NCBI GenBank assembly: GCA_001775995.1
Contig: MEZH01000007.1
Coordinates: 43,451 to 107,450, forward strand
From: Candidatus Bathyarchaeota archaeon RBG_16_48_13
GTDB taxonomy: Archaea; Thermoproteota; Bathyarchaeia; RBG-16-48-13
Length of the DNA: 64,000 nt
Direction of reading: 5' to 3'
A program made the translations under genes and the position numbers. Below are positions 46,626 to 54,633 of this stretch, piece by piece; positions within the stretch are counted from its first letter, which is position 1, and each line of letters begins with the position of its first letter. Under the pieces are notes generated by a model. That model was not told the DNA's origin. It saw only the letters and a program-made list of their open reading frames with translations, and searched no databases.

Positions 46626-47204
46626 ATGTCGAGGCGAGGAGCAATGTTCACCATTCTCTTGGACAAGGTCGGCAAGGTCGTTGTCGGGGCGTTAGTTGAT
46701 GACAGGGGCAGGGTTTGGTCAACGACCATGACAGAAAAAGGGAGAAAGGAGGCGAGCGACTCCCTTCTGCGAAGTCTGCCCATAGGGGCATACTTCAGAG
46801 AAGAAAGGAACGAGATGAATGAGAAGATTCTGGATAGCCTGAAACGGGCCGTAATGGGACGTGAATTTGTTAACGAGTACGAGCTGGTGATGGATCGAAT
46901 ACCAAGTTTCCACAGGAAGGTCTACGAGACCTTGCGAAAAATCCCTCGAGGAAGGGTAATATCCTATGGAGAGCTTGCCAGAGCATCAGGTTCGGAGGGA
47001 GCAGCCCGTGCCGTTGGGAACGCAATGCGTGACAATCCTTTTCCTCTGATAGTCCCGTGTCATAGAGTCATAAAATCCAACCTTGAACTCGGAGGATTTG
47101 GGGGAGGAGAGGATCTGAAAAAGAGGATCCTCGCGAGCGAGGGGATAGTCTTTAAGGAGAGAATGGCTGATAAAGCCTCTTTGATCAAACATGGAGAAGT
47201 GTAG
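46626..47204 (+). CDS. ogt: methylated-DNA--protein-cysteine methyltransferase
   Basis: ISYGELA...G...AARAVGNAMRDNPFPLIVPCHRVI, the PCHR active site. Confidence 0.8.
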   Translation: MSRRGAMFTILLDKVGKVVVGALVDDRGRVWSTTMTEKGRKEASDSLLRSLPIGAYFREERNEMNEKILDSLKRAVMGREFVNEYELVMDRIPSFHRKVYETLRKIPRGRVISYGELARASGSEGAARAVGNAMRDNPFPLIVPCHRVIKSNLELGGFGGGEDLKKRILASEGIVFKERMADKASLIKHGEV

Positions 47205-47733
47205 TAAGACGAAGATGAGAAGAGGTCTCTATGTTGGTCGTTTTCAGCCCTTCCACAAGGGCCATCTGAAGGTCGTAGAACTTCTTCTAAGAAAAGTGAA
47301 CGAGTTGGTGATAGTCATTGGAAGCGCTCAGTATAGCCACCAACTCGATAACGTCTTTACCGCTGGGGAACGTATCACAATGATCAAGGAGGCTCTGGAT
47401 GAGGCAAAGCTTGACTCGTGCAGATGCTACATAGTTCCCCTGATTGACACTATGGTTCACAGCATATGGGTATCCCACGTCGTGTCTTACGTGCCAAGGT
47501 TCGACGTTGTGTTCACCAACGAATCCCTTACGAGGAGACTCTTCAAGGAAGCTGGCTTCGATGTTAAGGCGATACCAAAGTACGAACGGAACGTTTACTC
47601 CTCCACCGAAGTCAGGCGACGCCTTGTCAAGGCCGAAAACTGGGAGGAGCTAGTGCCAAAGGCCGTGGCCAGGTATATCAAAAGCATAGATGGCGTTGAG
47701 AGGCTGAGAGACCTCCTCAAGTCTGACAAGTAA
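47191..47733 (+). CDS. nadM: archaeal nicotinamide-nucleotide adenylyltransferase
   Basis: RGLYVGRFQPFHKGHL, IVIGSAQ, ERNVYSSTEVRR. Confidence 0.8.
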   Translation: MEKCSKTKMRRGLYVGRFQPFHKGHLKVVELLLRKVNELVIVIGSAQYSHQLDNVFTAGERITMIKEALDEAKLDSCRCYIVPLIDTMVHSIWVSHVVSYVPRFDVVFTNESLTRRLFKEAGFDVKAIPKYERNVYSSTEVRRRLVKAENWEELVPKAVARYIKSIDGVERLRDLLKSDK

Positions 47734-47766
47734 CAAACTTAACTTAAAGAAGCGCATGATGTACAA

Positions 47767-48582
47767 TTGGCTGAGAAGAGTAGACTGATAGTCGCGATTT
47801 TGACCGATTTTGGCCAACAGAGTTGGTACGTGCCGGCAATCAAAGGCGTCCTCCTCACCATCTGTCCCGATGCGAGAATAGTTGACTTGAGCCTCCAGGT
47901 GCCGCGCCAAGACGTGCTAGCTGGTGCGTTCATTTTGGGTTTTTCCTCAGTATATTATCCGAGAGGCACGGTTTTTCTCTGCATCGTGGATCCCAGCGTC
48001 GGCACTGATAGGAATCTGATCATTATGGAAAGCGATGAGAGACACTATTTTGTCGCGCCCGACAATGGCCTTCTGACATTCGTTGCTAAACGGGAGGGGA
48101 TCAGAAAAATCGTGAAGATAACGAACCGGAAATATATGCTCAGAGAGATCTCTCGGACATTTCATGGAAGAGACATTTTGGCTCCCGCTGCAGCTTATCT
48201 AACTAGGGGAGAACCGTTAGAGAAATTTGGGCCCAAAGTAAAGAAAATTGTCAGGCTTGACATTGAGGAGCCGCGTGTCGAGAATGGAACAGTTAGAGGC
48301 AAAATTATCTTCGTAGACGACTTCGGCAATATGATCACCAACATAGGTGAAGCTATTCTGAAGAAGGCGGACATAAAATCTGGGACAGAGATCTCAGTGA
48401 TGTTCACCCCTTTCAGTGAGATGATGCTCTTCTGCCAAACCTACGATGATGTGAAGGCGGATAAACCTCTGGGCCTCATAGGAAGCACGGGCTTCTTTGA
48501 GATTTCCGTGAATCATGGAGACGCGGCCAAGAGATACCACGCATATCCGGGATCTGATGTGATAATTGCTGTCAAAGTCTGA
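47767..48582 (+). CDS. SAM hydrolase / SAM hydroxide adenosyltransferase family (DUF62)
   Basis: IVAILTDFGQQSWYVPAIKGVL, VDPSVGT, FHGRDILAPAAAYL, IIFVDDFGN. TTG start. Confidence 0.75.
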   Translation: MAEKSRLIVAILTDFGQQSWYVPAIKGVLLTICPDARIVDLSLQVPRQDVLAGAFILGFSSVYYPRGTVFLCIVDPSVGTDRNLIIMESDERHYFVAPDNGLLTFVAKREGIRKIVKITNRKYMLREISRTFHGRDILAPAAAYLTRGEPLEKFGPKVKKIVRLDIEEPRVENGTVRGKIIFVDDFGNMITNIGEAILKKADIKSGTEISVMFTPFSEMMLFCQTYDDVKADKPLGLIGSTGFFEISVNHGDAAKRYHAYPGSDVIIAVKV

Positions 48583-48891
48583 TTTCTGCTTCGGAATGAC
48601 CCACAATCTGATGCTTATGTCAAGAAAAGGCAGGTGAAACGTAATCTCAATTCCACTCTTGGTGGATTCCAACGTCTTTTTTGAGGGATTATCTCTAAGG
48701 AGTTGGATTGTTTCTCAAAACACAACACAATCTCAACAGGACTATATCGACGAGTTGCCATTGAGATACTTTCTGATCAATTCACCATCAATTGGGAGAA
48801 TCGATTCAACTTCTAGTCTCCGATCGTTGTTAGGCATATCTCTTAAATAGCTTTCACATAGTATTTGTTTACAAAATCTGAGGGGTTTGGT

Positions 48892-50079
48892 ATGAGCTCT
48901 CAATCGCAGCAAAGAGGAGAACTTGAGTCAGCGCTCGCAAAGAGACAGCTGATCATGCTACCCGGACCAACGAATGTCCCTGACAGAATCCTAAGCGCAA
49001 TGTCTAAGCCAATGATAAACCATAGAGGACCCGAGTTTAGGGAGCTCCTCACCCGGATTTCCCAGAATGCCCAATACGCCTTCCAGACTAAGAAGGACGT
49101 TTTCGTCTTCTCCTCCTCGGGGACAGGGGGGGTAGAGGCAGCATTTCAAAACATAATATCGCCCGGCGACAAGGTCCTGGTGCCGGTCTTCGGCCTCTTC
49201 AGCCAGAGGATGAAGGAGATCATAGAGGTTTGTGGGGGTGTTCCCGTGGAAATCACCTGTGAATGGGGCAGCGGACCGACTCCAAGCCAAGTTGAAGAGA
49301 AGATCAAGAAAGAGAAGGTGAAGGCAGTAGGACTTGTCTACAATGAGACGTCTACGGGTACCACCGTAAGGGGCTTGAAAGAGATAGCGAAGATAGCCAA
49401 GGACAATGGCGCGTTGATCGTTGTGGATGCCATCTCTATACTAGCTGGGGACGAGTGCCCCGTCGACAAATGGAACATAGATATTTGCATCACCGGCAGT
49501 CAGAAGTGCCTGGCTGCACCCCCTGGAGTGGCACTGGTCTCAGTGAGCGAGGACGCCTGGAACACGGTAAGAAGGACAAAGATAGGCTCGGTTTACTTCA
49601 GCCTGATTAATATGAAGGAATCTTTGGATAAGGGAGAGACCCCATTCACCCCCGCGATACCCGTATTCTATGCATTGGATGAAGCCCTATGCATGTTGAT
49701 TGAGGAGGGGCTGGGGAACAGGATCAGGAGACATAGAATCTGCGCCGAAGCCTTTTATGCGGGGCTTCCGGCAATGGGGTTGAAGCTCTTCGCAGAAGAT
49801 GCGTTCCGATCCAATATGGTCATAGCGGTAAGGAACCCGGATGGATTGGACGACAAGACATTCCTTACGAACCTCCGGAGGAAATACAGAGTCATAATAT
49901 CCGGGGGAATGGGGAAATTGAAAGGCCAGACCTACAGGATAGGAAACATGGGTTCCATATCGCCGGACGAAGTCATAACCACAATAGGATGTATGGGAAG
50001 CGCTTTGATGGACGCTGGGATCAAAGCGGACGTTGGAGCAGGAATCTTGGCAGCCCGGGAAAAGTTCACGAATTACTAA
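48892..50079 (+). CDS. class V aminotransferase (serine-pyruvate/alanine-glyoxylate type)
   Basis: LMLPGPTNVPDRIL, NETSTGT, VVDAISILAG, ITGSQKCLAAPPG (PLP Lys). The ATG at 48892 lies 7 nt after GAGGGG. Confidence 0.8.
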   Translation: MSSQSQQRGELESALAKRQLIMLPGPTNVPDRILSAMSKPMINHRGPEFRELLTRISQNAQYAFQTKKDVFVFSSSGTGGVEAAFQNIISPGDKVLVPVFGLFSQRMKEIIEVCGGVPVEITCEWGSGPTPSQVEEKIKKEKVKAVGLVYNETSTGTTVRGLKEIAKIAKDNGALIVVDAISILAGDECPVDKWNIDICITGSQKCLAAPPGVALVSVSEDAWNTVRRTKIGSVYFSLINMKESLDKGETPFTPAIPVFYALDEALCMLIEEGLGNRIRRHRICAEAFYAGLPAMGLKLFAEDAFRSNMVIAVRNPDGLDDKTFLTNLRRKYRVIISGGMGKLKGQTYRIGNMGSISPDEVITTIGCMGSALMDAGIKADVGAGILAAREKFTNY

Positions 50080-50117
50080 TGCGATTGGTTTCCTTTTTCC
50101 CTTCTTGGAGATTTCAT

Positions 50118-50780
50118 ATGAAGGTTCTGGTGGCGTCAGACCTCCACGGGAATACGCGATTTGCCGCCAAATTAGTGAAGAGAGCTCTGGACGAAGAGAT
50201 TGGGCTATTTGTCATTTGCGGCGACGTTACGAACTTTGGCACAGTGAACTTAGCCCTTAAAGTGTTGGACGTTTTTGCGGAGACGAAGCTGCCAATCCTT
50301 TTCGTGCCTGGAAACTGCGACCCCAAAGAATTGGCTAATACGAAGACCAGAGATGGAATTCAATGCATACATCGCAGTAGTCAAGAATTCGGAGGCTACG
50401 AGTTCATGGGTCTGGGAGGATCCTCAACGACCCCATTTCGTACTCCCTTCGAACTGAGCGAGCCAGAGATCGAAGTAATGCTGGAAGACGCATACAACAA
50501 CACGAACAGGCAGAAACCGCTAGTGTTGGTTAGCCACACCCCGCCCAGAGATACCTTGCTCGATAGAACGAAGTTTGGAATCTCCGCAGGAAGCGCTTCG
50601 GTTAGAAGGTTCATCCAAGAAAAGAAACCCGCAGCCGTCTTTTGTGGACACATACACGAATCTCGGAGTGTCGATTACTTGGATTCGATACCCATGGTCA
50701 ACCCAGGTCCAGCTTTTGATGGTTATTTCGCCATAGCTTGGCTTAAAGATGGGGTGCGGATCGAGTTGGAATGTCTCTGA
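50118..50780 (+). CDS. metallophosphoesterase
   Basis: MKVLVASDLHGN, VICGDVTNFG, VPGNCD, VSHTPP, CGHIHE. ATG behind GGAG. Confidence 0.75.
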   Translation: MKVLVASDLHGNTRFAAKLVKRALDEEIGLFVICGDVTNFGTVNLALKVLDVFAETKLPILFVPGNCDPKELANTKTRDGIQCIHRSSQEFGGYEFMGLGGSSTTPFRTPFELSEPEIEVMLEDAYNNTNRQKPLVLVSHTPPRDTLLDRTKFGISAGSASVRRFIQEKKPAAVFCGHIHESRSVDYLDSIPMVNPGPAFDGYFAIAWLKDGVRIELECL

Positions 50781-50798
50781 ACTGGCGACAAAACAAAG

Positions 50799-50808
50799 AA
50801 TATATATT
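50799..50808 (+). promoter_or_regulatory. TATA box candidate for tRNA-Val
   Basis: aatatatatt is preceded by the A-rich stretch caaaacaaag. It ends 25 nt before the first tRNA nucleotide (50834). Confidence 0.45.
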
Positions 50809-50833
50809 TGGTTCATTTCAAGTTCTTGACCGT

Positions 50834-50933
50834 GGGCTGGTCGTCTAGTCTGGTTAGGATATCCGCCTGACAGACCTTTTCTAGGTCCAAGAGACGCGGA
50901 AGGTCGCCGGTCCGAATCCGGCCCGGCCCACCA
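50834..50933 (+). tRNA. tRNA-Val(GAC) with an intron of about 22 nt at the canonical 37/38 position, CCA encoded
   Basis: Manual cloverleaf: GGGCTGG/CCGGCCC acceptor, GTCT/GGAT D-stem, TCCGC/GCGGA anticodon stem, loop CTGACA + intron GACCTTTTCTAGGTCCAAGAGA (internal hairpin GACCT/AGGTC), GCCGG-TCCGAAT-CCGGC T-arm, A73, CCA. Confidence 0.8.
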
Positions 50934-51145
50934 CTGTTAGGGCATAGAACCTCAATAATCTTACATGCCTAGACGAGACACTCCAAGCGCGCGCCACACC
51001 AATTGCTCGCTCATAGCCTAGCTTTAGATCTTGCCGGGAGTCTTGTTCATTGTTTTGACTTAAATTCACGTTGACCGGATTATACAGCAAACGTTTGGTC
51101 GAGATGCCAGGATTCATGTTCCGTAGGAATCCCTGAGGTGAAGAA

Positions 51146-51916
51146 ATGAGCTTTCAAGAGAGGATCAGACAGAAGAAGGGCAAAGAAAAGATCATAATGC
51201 TGACGGCCTACGACTTTCAGATGGCGAGAATACTGGCTCGGACTGGTATCGACTTGATCCTTGTGGGCGATAGTCTAGCGATGGTAGTGCAAGGCCGAAG
51301 CGACACCAAGAGCGTCACGATGTCTGACATGATATATCACATAAAGGCGGCAGCAAGAGGAGCTGAGAACACCCCCATCATCGGGGACTTGCCAAGGGAC
51401 AGCTGCAACTCTGTGGAGGATGGCTTACGGAATGCCAAGCTGTTCATCAAGGCGGGTGCACATGGAGTCAAGATTGAGGGGAAGAAAGCGGAGGTCATAA
51501 AAGCCCTGGCAAGCGGGGGAATCCCGGTTATGGGCCATATTGGAATGCTTCCCCAGACTGCAGAATCCTACCACGTGAAGGGAAAAAAGCCCGAAGAGGC
51601 CGAACAGATCCTCCAAGACGCTCGAGCCCTGGACAGGCTCGGCGTGTTTTCCATGGTGCTGGAGTGCATCCCCGAAGACCTGGCAAAGATGATAACAGAA
51701 ACCGTCGATGTGCCGACGATAGGCATCGGAGCGGGCAAATACTGTGACGGACAGGTGCTGGTCACGAATGACATGCTCGGTTTCGACGATGACTTCAAAC
51801 CAAAATACGTGAAAGTATACGCCAACTTCAACAAAGCGACAAAGGATGCTGTTTCCAAGTTCATCGAAGAAGTCTTCGAAGGCAAGTTTCCCGACGATGA
51901 ACACACCTACCATTGA
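51146..51916 (+). CDS. panB: 3-methyl-2-oxobutanoate hydroxymethyltransferase (ketopantoate hydroxymethyltransferase)
   Basis: IIMLTAYDFQMA, LILVGDSLAMVVQG, GAHGVKIEG, IPVMGHIGMLPQ, VPTIGIGAG..CDGQVLV. Confidence 0.9.
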   Translation: MSFQERIRQKKGKEKIIMLTAYDFQMARILARTGIDLILVGDSLAMVVQGRSDTKSVTMSDMIYHIKAAARGAENTPIIGDLPRDSCNSVEDGLRNAKLFIKAGAHGVKIEGKKAEVIKALASGGIPVMGHIGMLPQTAESYHVKGKKPEEAEQILQDARALDRLGVFSMVLECIPEDLAKMITETVDVPTIGIGAGKYCDGQVLVTNDMLGFDDDFKPKYVKVYANFNKATKDAVSKFIEEVFEGKFPDDEHTYH

Positions 51917-52014
51917 ATCCTAGAGAAAACGTTGGCGCCGCGAGCGCTCAACATGTCGTAGAGTCGCTCTCTGTCACCTCTCGAGGACGATCTATCGGTC
52001 GTAGGGTTAAGCGG

Positions 52015-52221
52015 TCAACGGGTTACACGATGTCCCTGATCTACATGAGCCTGCGATTCGCATATCTGCCCCAGCGTGAGGCTGGTCGCCCTCAATACCT
52101 TCAAACCAGAGACTTCGCCTTGATCGTGCGCCGGATAGGACTTGCACATTAGGTGCGGATAACGCGTGACCTGCCACGCATTTGATTTCAGTGTGATTAG
52201 GCACAGGAAGAAATGATTCAC
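52015..52221 (-). pseudogene. possible relic of a tyrosine-recombinase (integrase) C-terminus
   Basis: The 68-aa ORF ..VTRYPHLMCKSYPAHDQGEVSGLKVLRATSLTLGQICESQAHVDQGH.. loosely parallels the integrase pattern ..TPH.LRH(S/T)(F/Y)A.H......L..I...LGH......Y.HV. The catalytic positions are altered (R to C, H to Q, Y to Q/S). The similarity is weak. Confidence 0.3.
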
Positions 52222-52368
52222 TCAAATGTTGAACTGAATACCTCCAGACCTGCTACATCATTTTGGCTTCTTGCCAGCAAATTGACGTCAAAACCGGTCC
52301 CGACGCCTTGGTTTGCGCTTCCTAGCCAATCCTAGCTACAGGTTTGCTGCAGACTCAGACCCTTCTGG

Positions 52369-52393
52369 GGTTTTAATCCGGCCCGGCCTACTA
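52369..52393 (+). repeat. partial copy of the tRNA-Val 3' end (att-like)
   Basis: GGTTTTAATCCGGCCCGGCCTACTA versus tRNA-Val 50909-50933 GGTCCGAATCCGGCCCGGCCCACCA. 20 of 25 positions are identical, with a perfect 14-mer (52375-52388 = 50915-50928), in the same orientation. No 5' tRNA half or T-stem partner is present. Confidence 0.55.
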
Positions 52394-52564
52394 TTCTTTC
52401 TGAAGGCGAGTTCTGGTGATTATCCTATACCCTTAGAAAGTTGATGACTTTTTCATCGGCTGTGGCCCTTAGGATCCCGTCCTTCATGGGCTTCCACTTG
52501 TAAGTCCCATTGTTTGATCAGGATTCGACTTGGTTTCTAGTTCTTGCCAATAATATCGGGTTAT

Positions 52565-52866
52565 AGGAGAAGGGATAACAAGGGATATCTAGGTGGGACA
52601 ATCGTGGATAATCAGCGGTGATGATTGAGTCAATAGAGGATACCAAGGGATATTGAAGGACAATCAGTACCAAAGGGTCTTGCTGGTTTCTTGATAGCTG
52701 GCTTCGCTCAGACAACTAGTGTGTTGGAGCCTCTGCCAGGTGGTTGAGGCTCATCTGCCGAGGAATCGCAACCAACACTAAGCCCTGGATATCTTGGACT
52801 ACGCTCATTGTCCCTTATGATAGCCATTCTGCGCGTCCCTGTTATCCCGCATTATCCCTTACTCCT
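52565..52866. repeat. family of imperfect repeat modules (two direct, one inverted) in ORF-poor DNA
   Basis: A1 (52565-52603): AGGAGAAGGGATAACAAGGGATATCTAGGTGGGACAATC. A2 (52635-52665): AGAGGATACCAAGGGATATTGAAGGACAATC. A3, the reverse complement of 52807-52866: AGGAGTAAGGGATAATGCGGGATAACAGGGAC...AAGGGACAAT. Confidence 0.5.
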
Positions 52867-53202
52867 CTTATGCCATCGGCCAACTTGGAGATGCGGCTTT
52901 CTCAATTTCCATTCTGCTTGTGGGATGCGAACTGAGCCGAATGGAGAATACATAGATGGGATTCGAGTTTCGTTCCAGCGCCTTATGTGCTTTCCGCGGA
53001 ATAATTTCACCCGTTGGGAGTATTCTGGAAATTCTGAAAACGGGGAAGGCGGGACCTGAGGATCTTGACAGGCCCAATCAATCTGGCGTTAGAGGCATCC
53101 ATTAATCTAGTAGTTCAAGATGATCGGGGAGACATGAGAAGAATCGAATCAGCACTCAACTTTCTAATTAGCTCCAGGAATGACACCTGCTCCAAGACCC
53201 AC

Positions 53203-53388
53203 CTATATGACTCTGAGTCTCTGGATGCTGTGAGTTTGCCAAGAATAGTGGCGGAGCTTCTTGGAGGCACCATATCCGCAAGCGGAGCATTTCTTCTCTC
53301 TCTTGTGGTAGGAATGCCTCCCACACCGTCTACAGCGGATGTGCACAGTCTGGTTTTTCTTTCCGAAAGATGGCGTTCCCTTGCCCAT
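53203..53388 (-). CDS. rpl37e: ribosomal protein L37e (eL37)
   Basis: [39 protein letters not shown] is the L37e zinc-ribbon signature. Confidence 0.9.
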   Translation of the reverse strand: MGKGTPSFGKKNQTVHIRCRRCGRHSYHKREKKCSACGYGASKKLRHYSWQTHSIQRLRVI

Positions 53389-53397
53389 GATCTAGAT

Positions 53398-53625
53398 TCA
53401 CCTTGCAGGAGGCGATATTATTATTACGTTGTCCCCTCTGACGATTATGACGCCGAGCTTCTGGATGTTTTCAGTGTTCGAGACATCCTCAGCGTCTTCC
53501 AAGACCAAGTTCATGTGTTGGTCGAAGGATTGAAGTTTCCCTCTGAGACTCTTTCCACCCTTCAGCCTTACCAGTACCTGTTTGCTGAGGCTTTCGTTCA
53601 GTATCTTTGTCGCCGCTTCGGTCAA
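53398..53625 (-). CDS. Sm-like archaeal protein (LSm/SmAP)
   Basis: VLVRLKGGKSLRGKLQSFDQHMNLVLEDAE....LGVIIVRGDNVIIIS contains the Sm1 and Sm2 motifs. The LSm-L37e gene pair is conserved in archaea. Confidence 0.9.
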   Translation of the reverse strand: MTEAATKILNESLSKQVLVRLKGGKSLRGKLQSFDQHMNLVLEDAEDVSNTENIQKLGVIIVRGDNVIIISPPAR

Positions 53626-53732
53626 ATTCGATCAACCTTTGTTGGAGCTTGAACACATCCTGAACATCTATTGGGTGACCCCTTAATGATTTAAATCTAT
53701 CGCGCTCCCTAAGGAGATGCCGGGAAGACAGT

Positions 53733-54230
53733 TTGAAGGGCAGACGCAGGCGCCTCCTTAGCAGCAAGGAGATAAGAGACTTCTTAACAGATATCTCTTC
53801 AGCACTTGGAAGCGAATACGATGACCTCTTTGACCGGATCTCCAAGATCGAATTGATCGAGACCGACGAAGGTGACATATATTACTTCGACGAGAGACCC
53901 GTTTTGATCAAGATCGGCGAGAAGCGTATACCCACACTCCTCTTCGATGAACTCCTGAACCGTCTGCCATGGGTTTTTGTCGATCGAGGCGCTATCCCGC
54001 ATGTGTGCAACGGCGCCGATGTCATGGCGCCAGGGATCAAGGAGATAAAAGGATTCTTCAAGGAGGGGGCATTGGTAGTCGTTGGCGACTCAGAACATAA
54101 GAAAGCCTTGGCCGTGGGTCTGGCTGTGCTTGGGGATGGCGATGCCCGGCAAACAAGAAAAGGGAAAGTGGTGAAAAATCTTCACTACGTCGGAGATCCC
54201 ATTTGGGGTAGGATCAGAGAAACTCAATAA
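53733..54230 (+). CDS. PUA-domain RNA-binding protein (pre-PUA + PUA, MCT-1/Tma20-like)
   Basis: ..VFVDRGAIPHVCNGADVMAPGI....GALVVV......KALAVGLA.. is the PUA pattern. Confidence 0.7.
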   Translation: MKGRRRRLLSSKEIRDFLTDISSALGSEYDDLFDRISKIELIETDEGDIYYFDERPVLIKIGEKRIPTLLFDELLNRLPWVFVDRGAIPHVCNGADVMAPGIKEIKGFFKEGALVVVGDSEHKKALAVGLAVLGDGDARQTRKGKVVKNLHYVGDPIWGRIRETQ

Positions 54231-54276
54231 TATCGAATTTTGAAACAAAGCATAATGGCGTATTGGTGGCGGTTGA

Positions 54277-54633
54277 TTGGGTTTAGTGGAAAGGTTCAAG
54301 CGCAAGAAAGAGGAGGAACCTTGTGAAACCACAGCACTCAGACATGCCTTGATATATGTCAAAGCTCTATCCATACAAGATCTCTCTGATCTGAATCATA
54401 TAAAGGCAGAATTCAACCAAGGAAATATCATAATATTGAAGGTTACACCCCTCGCCAAGAAGAATTTGGATGATGTCAAGAAGGCGATATCATATTTGAC
54501 GAGTTGCGTAAGGGAGGCGGGTGGAGATATCGCTCGCTTGGGAGAAGAGAGGGTATTAATCACCCCACCGAGCGTCAAGATCTGGAAGAAAGATAGCCAG
54601 CCTCGAGAATCCTCCGGATCTATTTCAATCTAA
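54277..54633 (+). CDS. sepF: archaeal SepF-like cell-division protein
   Basis: 118 aa. YVKALSIQDLSDLNHIKAEFNQGNIIILKVTPL....L..A...L......GGDIARLGEERVLITPPSVKI. Confidence 0.7.
   Translation: MGLVERFKRKKEEEPCETTALRHALIYVKALSIQDLSDLNHIKAEFNQGNIIILKVTPLAKKNLDDVKKAISYLTSCVREAGGDIARLGEERVLITPPSVKIWKKDSQPRESSGSISI

Noticed and set aside
52617-52700. C/D-box sRNA (GTGATGA at 52617-52623)
   Set aside because: No CTGA D-box lies within 40-80 nt downstream, and there are no terminal complementary bases. Other TGATGA-like hits in spacers (about 9640 and about 59693, minus strand) also lack D boxes.
51917-53202. RNase P RNA or SRP RNA hidden in the ORF-poor block
   Set aside because: The universally conserved RNase P CR-I (GAGGAAAGTCC) was not found on either strand. 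This is not a rigorous exclusion, since a covariance-model scan would be needed.
53065-53652. 195-aa plus-strand ORF
   Set aside because: It is fully antisense to two unmistakable minus-strand genes (L37e at 53203-53388 and LSm at 53398-53625) and has no recognisable motif. It is a shadow ORF.
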